DNA of 64,000 bases, taken from NCBI GenBank assembly GCA_964430885.1, contig CAYSHM010000003.1:1-64000 (forward strand), read 5' to 3'. The stretch is from an uncultured archaeon (GTDB lineage: Archaea; Thermoplasmatota; Penumbrarchaeia; JASLWR01). Below, piece by piece: positions 60,001-64,000 of the stretch. A program made the position numbers and the translations under genes. Numbering within the stretch: position 1 is the stretch's first letter; the number at the start of each line of letters is the position of its first letter. The notes under the pieces were generated by a model. It did not search any database, had not been told where the DNA came from, and saw only the letters and a program-made list of their open reading frames with translations.

Positions 60001-60310
60001 CCTGGCATATCATTGCACTATTGATGGTTATCTCTGCTCCGGATCCAATCTTCACAACCGTTCCAGCCCGGACCAATATTTTTTTTTGGTCAACCTGGTA
60101 ATCATCGGTGATTATTTTTGTCCCGCTCCAAACAATATAATCCTCAGCTCTGACATCTTCGCTACCTATTCCAGAAACCTCATAGGGCGATGAATCAACA
60201 CCAAATATTCGGTATATGGAGAAATTATTTAAGGCACATAATATCAATGCTGCCGTTAGAATTATATATATAGGTTTTCTAATTCCATCTACCTTAATAG
60301 CCTGGAGCAT
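57044..60310 (-). CDS. Surface protein: beta-helix, degenerate M28 peptidase-like domain, cadherin-like/Ig repeats, PKD, TM
   Basis: AHYD and GADDDASG; VNDPP/VNDLP repeats; WDFGDG PKD motif; C-terminal TM. Confidence 0.8.
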   Translation of the reverse strand: MLQAIKVDGIRKPIYIILTAALILCALNNFSIYRIFGVDSSPYEVSGIGSEDVRAEDYIVWSGTKIITDDYQVDQKKILVRAGTVVKIGSGAEITINSAMICQGTVEEPIIFTKYSESNWQGLKIFQTSTNVSYFNNTILSFAKLGLKANRSSVLLTNSSFSNCLKDMELEESSFISALNCTIDKEKVDILDQQSRLSINWYLDIFFESQNIPVNGIPLAITNINGVPVGQSPDLISDSEGKISKIIVTEEILKMNDQEIKTTHKIEYPHPIGEGKSIHYVYMDKSMQLRLPLEYYASPSSVSGRVSRESIRSITKDLMNFPNRYRNTTSHKEVENYLVQRFSELFGENVDTFTFYVNGTAYTNIICTSEGINPVSDEEYIILAHYDTESLAYKGADDDASGMAVLLESARLLSSYDFNATIRFVAVDGGSNGSGRIGSNEYARNLNLSGSNIGAVITLDRIGYGGAQGDVCGIWKNQLSNSIVDNLTDVNIRQNIDLSIRQVDGRMEGQDDYYSFWKYNLPAVGLSESDSLDIEDWWPSNWPEEDNNYSRLDFDYMSKFSRLVSCTMFEYAGIKKYLPTVPSIISANATHRLKPTLRWAPSFDFQGQNVAYEITIQDRNGSYLLSSEIIQDNEFTFQEEGFFGHVYYINVTAVNSKNVRSPNSTLELHLINNPPVFSAMENKTTYQGVPLDFVVNATDIDRPVDILYFQLLPTGHSNLELNRTTGRFQWTPNNTAVGDHFFTFLVFDGNGGEDTIELKITVKNVNDPPQIITQLDRIYIEEDTPEKLYFNLSSIFWDPDLGIDENELLNYTFFGNRSIIFNIENNNSVHISMKKNYFGQENITLIATDNYNASTSIYFSVNVTPVNDLPKIEYNKYIVVSEGEMLSIDPKITDPDNKNISVSYSGATTTSWWQTGYLDNGTHDVFITASDGEGNVTHTLKVIVSNVPVGPSIFLFVPKLIEPGEYVTFDANSSFDPDGNIVRYDWDFGDGTKITTNTSRVQHKYNEKGTYAVTLTIYDDDDKGNSTTLNVEVEYEPNTKNILCSISILLAIVAVGAVLLSRIGRKEMRAIKNEGMGLGSRTEKKGRK

Positions 60311-60520
60311 ACGGCTTTCAATATCATTATCTTAATATTTATTTTTTCCTTATCATAAATTGAAGATTACATATAATAGGTTCCGGGAAAGAACCGCTTT
60401 TATTGGGCTGAGGAAATCGCCTATTTCACTTAATTTATTCGTGAGCCGGTATTTATGAAAAAAATATATTAAAAAACAATGGCATCTTGGTAAAAAAATC
60501 CAATAAGGAAGGATGATCAA

Positions 60521-61813
60521 ATGAAAGCCATGATACTTGCTGGAGGCATAGGAAAAAGAATGTACCCAATAGAACAAACTAAATGCCTCATGAAATTTTT
60601 TGGGACCGAACTCATCAATCACAAAATCGAACTGTTGGAAGAAGCAGGGATCTCGGATCTTATCATCGTTGCCAATCCAGAGAACAAAGAGGTCATAAAA
60701 GAAGCAGTGAACTCTGATGTAAAAATAGCCATTCAGGAGAAGCCAAAAGGAATGGCGGATGCAATATTGAGCGGCGCGGAGCTTGTCGGGGACGACAGCC
60801 TCTTGATCCTGAACGCAGAGGACATGGTGGAAAGCCAAGGAATATCCGAGCTTGTACAAGGTGAAGGCGATTCAAGATTGTTGGGTTATGAGGTAAGCTC
60901 ATATTTCCCAGGCGGTTATTTCAAGCTGGATGGGGAAAGGATAACTGGTATGATCGAAAAACCAGGGCCAGGTAATGAACCATCGAATTATGTTTCGATT
61001 GGTGTATATTTCCATAGAAAATTCGGGAAATTACTGGAATATATTGAAAAAGCTTCATCATCAAAGGATGATATCTACGAAGTTGCAATGGACATGATGA
61101 TGGCAGATGGATTCGATTATAGAATTTCAAAATATTCAGGTATCTGGTATCCGTTAAAATATCCCTGGCATATCTGGGGCCTATCAGATTATTTCTTTTC
61201 CATGAGAGATAACAGCCATATTGATCCCTCTGCTAATATTCACCCCTCGGCAGTTGTTCAGGGGAAGGTTTTCATAGGAAAGAATGTTAGAATATTTGAA
61301 AACGCAGTAGTACGGGGGCCATGCTATATCGGCGATGACAGCATTATTGGAAACAATTCCCTGATATGGGGCGGAAACCACCTAGGAAAAGGTTGTGTAG
61401 TTGGTTATTCTACAGAACTCAAGAATGTTTACGCCTCTGATAATGTTTGGTTCCATCAGAACTATATCGGCGACTCGGTCATAATGGATAATTGTTCCCT
61501 CGGTGCCAAAACCGTGACGGCCAATTTCCGGTTCGACGAGAAAAACATAAGGGTCAGAGTTGGTAATTCAATGGTGGATACGGGCTGCAATAAGTTAGGG
61601 GTATTAATGGGTAGAAACTGCAGAACGGGTATTTTAGTAGGGCTTATGCCAGGAGTTCGTATCGGATCAAATTCATTTCTGGGGCCTCAGACCATGATAT
61701 CAGGGGATGTTGAACCCGGTTCATGCATTTTCCTACAGCAGAATCATCATAAACTGCCCGCAAGCTTTAATGTTAATACCGACAGGTCTGAATTGAAGAA
61801 TAAAATCGGTTGA
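60521..61813 (+). CDS. Second GlmU-like sugar nucleotidyltransferase/acetyltransferase
   Basis: LAGGIGKRMYP, GMADA, EKPG, hexapeptide repeats, YIGDS, TANFRFD. Confidence 0.88.
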   Translation: MKAMILAGGIGKRMYPIEQTKCLMKFFGTELINHKIELLEEAGISDLIIVANPENKEVIKEAVNSDVKIAIQEKPKGMADAILSGAELVGDDSLLILNAEDMVESQGISELVQGEGDSRLLGYEVSSYFPGGYFKLDGERITGMIEKPGPGNEPSNYVSIGVYFHRKFGKLLEYIEKASSSKDDIYEVAMDMMMADGFDYRISKYSGIWYPLKYPWHIWGLSDYFFSMRDNSHIDPSANIHPSAVVQGKVFIGKNVRIFENAVVRGPCYIGDDSIIGNNSLIWGGNHLGKGCVVGYSTELKNVYASDNVWFHQNYIGDSVIMDNCSLGAKTVTANFRFDEKNIRVRVGNSMVDTGCNKLGVLMGRNCRTGILVGLMPGVRIGSNSFLGPQTMISGDVEPGSCIFLQQNHHKLPASFNVNTDRSELKNKIG

Positions 61814-61961
61814 AGTTCACAATAAATATAAAAATTGAACATCATGGTTTTATGGAAATCAATCAAATAAATCCAAAGAACAATATATATTTGAATGCAT
61901 ATTATGTAATAAATCAGAAGGTAAATGACTATTTAGAATACTGGATTTCAGAGGTAATAAA

Positions 61962-62333
61962 ATGGTATCTTTGATGATGGAAAAATTACAGGCGCTCCTC
62001 GGAAGAGAGATCGCAGTGGTAACTATGGATGGGACAACTTTGAAAGGAATTTTAGAGAACTTCGATGATGACACTCTGATTCTTCAGGATGTAAAAGAAC
62101 TCTTTAAAAAGGAACTGAAATGGGATGTCCCAGCGGTAAGCCCGCACAGCAGTGAGGATGCAGGGTCCGATGCAGGAGCTTCATCATCTGTTGATGCTTA
62201 TGGTGTGATTGATACTTCCAAGTTGAGAAAATCCCTTAAAAGAGTTTTGATTAGGTACATCTATATTGTACAGATCTGGCCCTGGGAAATGGCAGATGCT
62301 AGGGAAGATATTGATCAGTATACTCTTCTATAA
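61962..62333 (+). CDS. Sm/Lsm-like domain protein with internal insertion
   Basis: Sm1-like LLGREIAVVTMDGTTLKGILENFDDDTLILQDVKE; Sm2-like LKRVLIRYIYIVQI. Confidence 0.7.
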   Translation: MVSLMMEKLQALLGREIAVVTMDGTTLKGILENFDDDTLILQDVKELFKKELKWDVPAVSPHSSEDAGSDAGASSSVDAYGVIDTSKLRKSLKRVLIRYIYIVQIWPWEMADAREDIDQYTLL

Positions 62334-62370
62334 AAAAAGAAATAATTCACTCAAGTGATGATTTTCAAAA

Positions 62371-62396
62371 GGGTGTGGCATCAACTGTTCCACACC
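62371..62396. terminator. Hairpin between convergent Lsm-like and thioredoxin-like genes
   Basis: GGTGTGG/CCACACC 7-bp stem with nearby T-rich tracts. Confidence 0.5.
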
Positions 62397-62421
62397 TGAA
62401 TTCTATTTTGCTCTTCTTTTA

Positions 62422-63006
62422 TTAGTTATATTCGAATTTATAGGTTAGATGCAGTGCCAATGCATCATCGATTACATCTCTTAATTTATTCTTTGAAACC
62501 TTACCGGCAATTTCACCAAAATAAGGTCTGACTTCCCCGTTATCATCCTCATTGAGGGTGATAATAATGAACGTGGGGGCGCCCCTCTTCCCCTGAAAAT
62601 CGTAAGAATTGAACCACTTGCCTTTTTCTGCCATTGTCATATTTGAATCCTCAAGATCCAGATACAATATATAAAAATCTGTTTCAGGCTCGTATTCTTC
62701 TTCCAATTCAAGAATAACTGGCAGCATATCATCACATGCTGGACAACCAACTTTCTGAGAAAAATCTATGAAAACTACCCTTTCCTTTAAGGAATCAATT
62801 ACCCAATCAGGGTGGGGTTCGTTACCCACAGTATCAAAGGTGAATTCAATCTCAGGTTTAGGGTTCAAACCTAAACAGGAAAGACATTTGGGAACTGAAA
62901 TCTTCTCATTATAATCAAATCCGCCTTTGGCAATACCAAATGAGAGAATAAAAATAAAGAATATTGAGATTACTATTCTAATCAGTAATTGTCCCTTTTC
63001 ATTCAT
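62422..63006 (-). CDS. Membrane-anchored thioredoxin-like protein
   Basis: N-terminal TM; VVFIDF..GCPAC; cis-Pro GAPTF; extra CLSC motif. Confidence 0.8.
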   Translation of the reverse strand: MNEKGQLLIRIVISIFFIFILSFGIAKGGFDYNEKISVPKCLSCLGLNPKPEIEFTFDTVGNEPHPDWVIDSLKERVVFIDFSQKVGCPACDDMLPVILELEEEYEPETDFYILYLDLEDSNMTMAEKGKWFNSYDFQGKRGAPTFIIITLNEDDNGEVRPYFGEIAGKVSKNKLRDVIDDALALHLTYKFEYN

Positions 63007-63120
63007 AATTATTATCCCTCCTAGGCACTTTAATAAATTGCTTATGGATTGATTTCATCTGGATAAGTTTGCGGATATATCTAAGAGCAGTCTAAATTTA
63101 AAATGAATGGGATGGATAAG

Positions 63121-63193
63121 TGCGGGTGCCGGGATTTGAACCCGAGTAACTAGCTTGGCAAGCTAGAATGATACCAGGCTACATCACACCCGC
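63121..63193 (-). tRNA. tRNA-Gly(GCC)
   Basis: GCGGGTG/CACCCGC acceptor, CTAGC-TTGCCAA-GCTAG anticodon arm, GGTTCAAATCC, A73. Confidence 0.96.
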
Positions 63194-63277
63194 TTGGATT
63201 TAAAATGAAATGATATAACAATACTGTTCTGGGTCATTTTCATTTTAATACTTATATCATTTGCTGTTTTTCAATCA

Positions 63278-63562
63278 CTATCCTCTTTTTTTCATAGTGA
63301 TCTCAAGGGAGGAAACCTTCACATCCCGGCCATCCCTTGATGGCAGAACCTCGGTATTAGTTACAAGATTTGCTATAGCAATATCCTGTTCTTCAGTAAA
63401 TCTGTTCTTCACGATCTCCGCAACATCAATGGCCTTGGCAGTTAGTTTCCCTCTTGCCTTTATGACAACCTCGTTCACACCGGTATTGAATTCGGTCACG
63501 ACTGCAAGCACATAGTTCATCGTGGGCTTCTTTCCAATAAAGATTATTTGCTCGTCTGACAT
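63278..63562 (-). CDS. albA: DNA/RNA-binding protein Alba
   Basis: IFIGKKPTMNYVLAV, IKARGK, AIDVAEIV, VSSLEI; GAGGTGA RBS. Confidence 0.95.
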   Translation of the reverse strand: MSDEQIIFIGKKPTMNYVLAVVTEFNTGVNEVVIKARGKLTAKAIDVAEIVKNRFTEEQDIAIANLVTNTEVLPSRDGRDVKVSSLEITMKKRG

Positions 63563-63949
63563 ATTATCACCTCGTTTCGATCTCTCATCGTCTGCGTTTG
63601 TGTCCACTTTAATAATTATAATAATAATTCAATATGATCCGTTCTTAAGATAAGTTAGAGCCAGCGCATTCTCCGGAAACTATTCAATAACTAATGGAGT
63701 TCAATGATATTAGGTGAAATATTGACTTCAGGTATTAATGGTCAAAGGACCGTAACTGTTTTTATCATATTACTACTACTTATTACTTATGCTCAGATTT
63801 GCTTATCAGCTATTGATTTATTTTAACTATAATTCAGTTGAACTACTTTATGTTGAAAATTTAATTGATTCGAATTTGGATCGCAAATAGTCCAATCGTC
63901 ACTGTTATAATCGGCAGATTTTTTGCCAAGGATTTAATTGAGGTAATGT

Positions 63950-64000
63950 ATGAACTTAATATCACTGGAAGACAAAGCGATTGAGATGCTGACCGTATTG
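63950..64000 (+). CDS. Possible start of a CDS running off the window
   Basis: GAGGT RBS then ATG, open MNLISLEDKAIEMLTVL to the end. Confidence 0.4.
   Translation, partial: MNLISLEDKAIEMLTVL

Noticed and set aside
62355-62399. GTGATGA...CTGA as a second C/D sRNA
   Set aside because: No C'/D' boxes or proper terminal stem; better explained as a terminator hairpin

Overview
Archaeal chromosomal window, most consistent with an uncultured Thermoplasmatota lineage (inference from archaeal DnaG, RpoF/RpoK, eL21, uL16, Alba, archaeal ThrRS, MptA and GGAGGTG-type RBSs). It is mostly housekeeping genes, plus a two-subunit ATP-citrate lyase (aclBA), sugar-nucleotide genes and many large membrane-anchored surface proteins. 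I saw no CRISPR array, transposase, integrase or provirus. Features missing from the ORF track: three tRNAs (Cys, Ser, Gly), rpoK, two tandem 43-aa zinc-finger microproteins, and a box C/D sRNA whose D guide predicts 2'-O-methylation of C34 in tRNA-Leu(CAA). Main oddities: a tRNA-Cys with A73 instead of U73; a 1982-aa prepilin-signal-like protein with an inserted C39 peptidase cassette and internal repeats; a circularly permuted Omp28-like redox domain; apparently inactivated ThiI and M28 domains; and structured leaders on rps15 and a TRAM gene. All calls come from reading motifs by eye; no searches were run.
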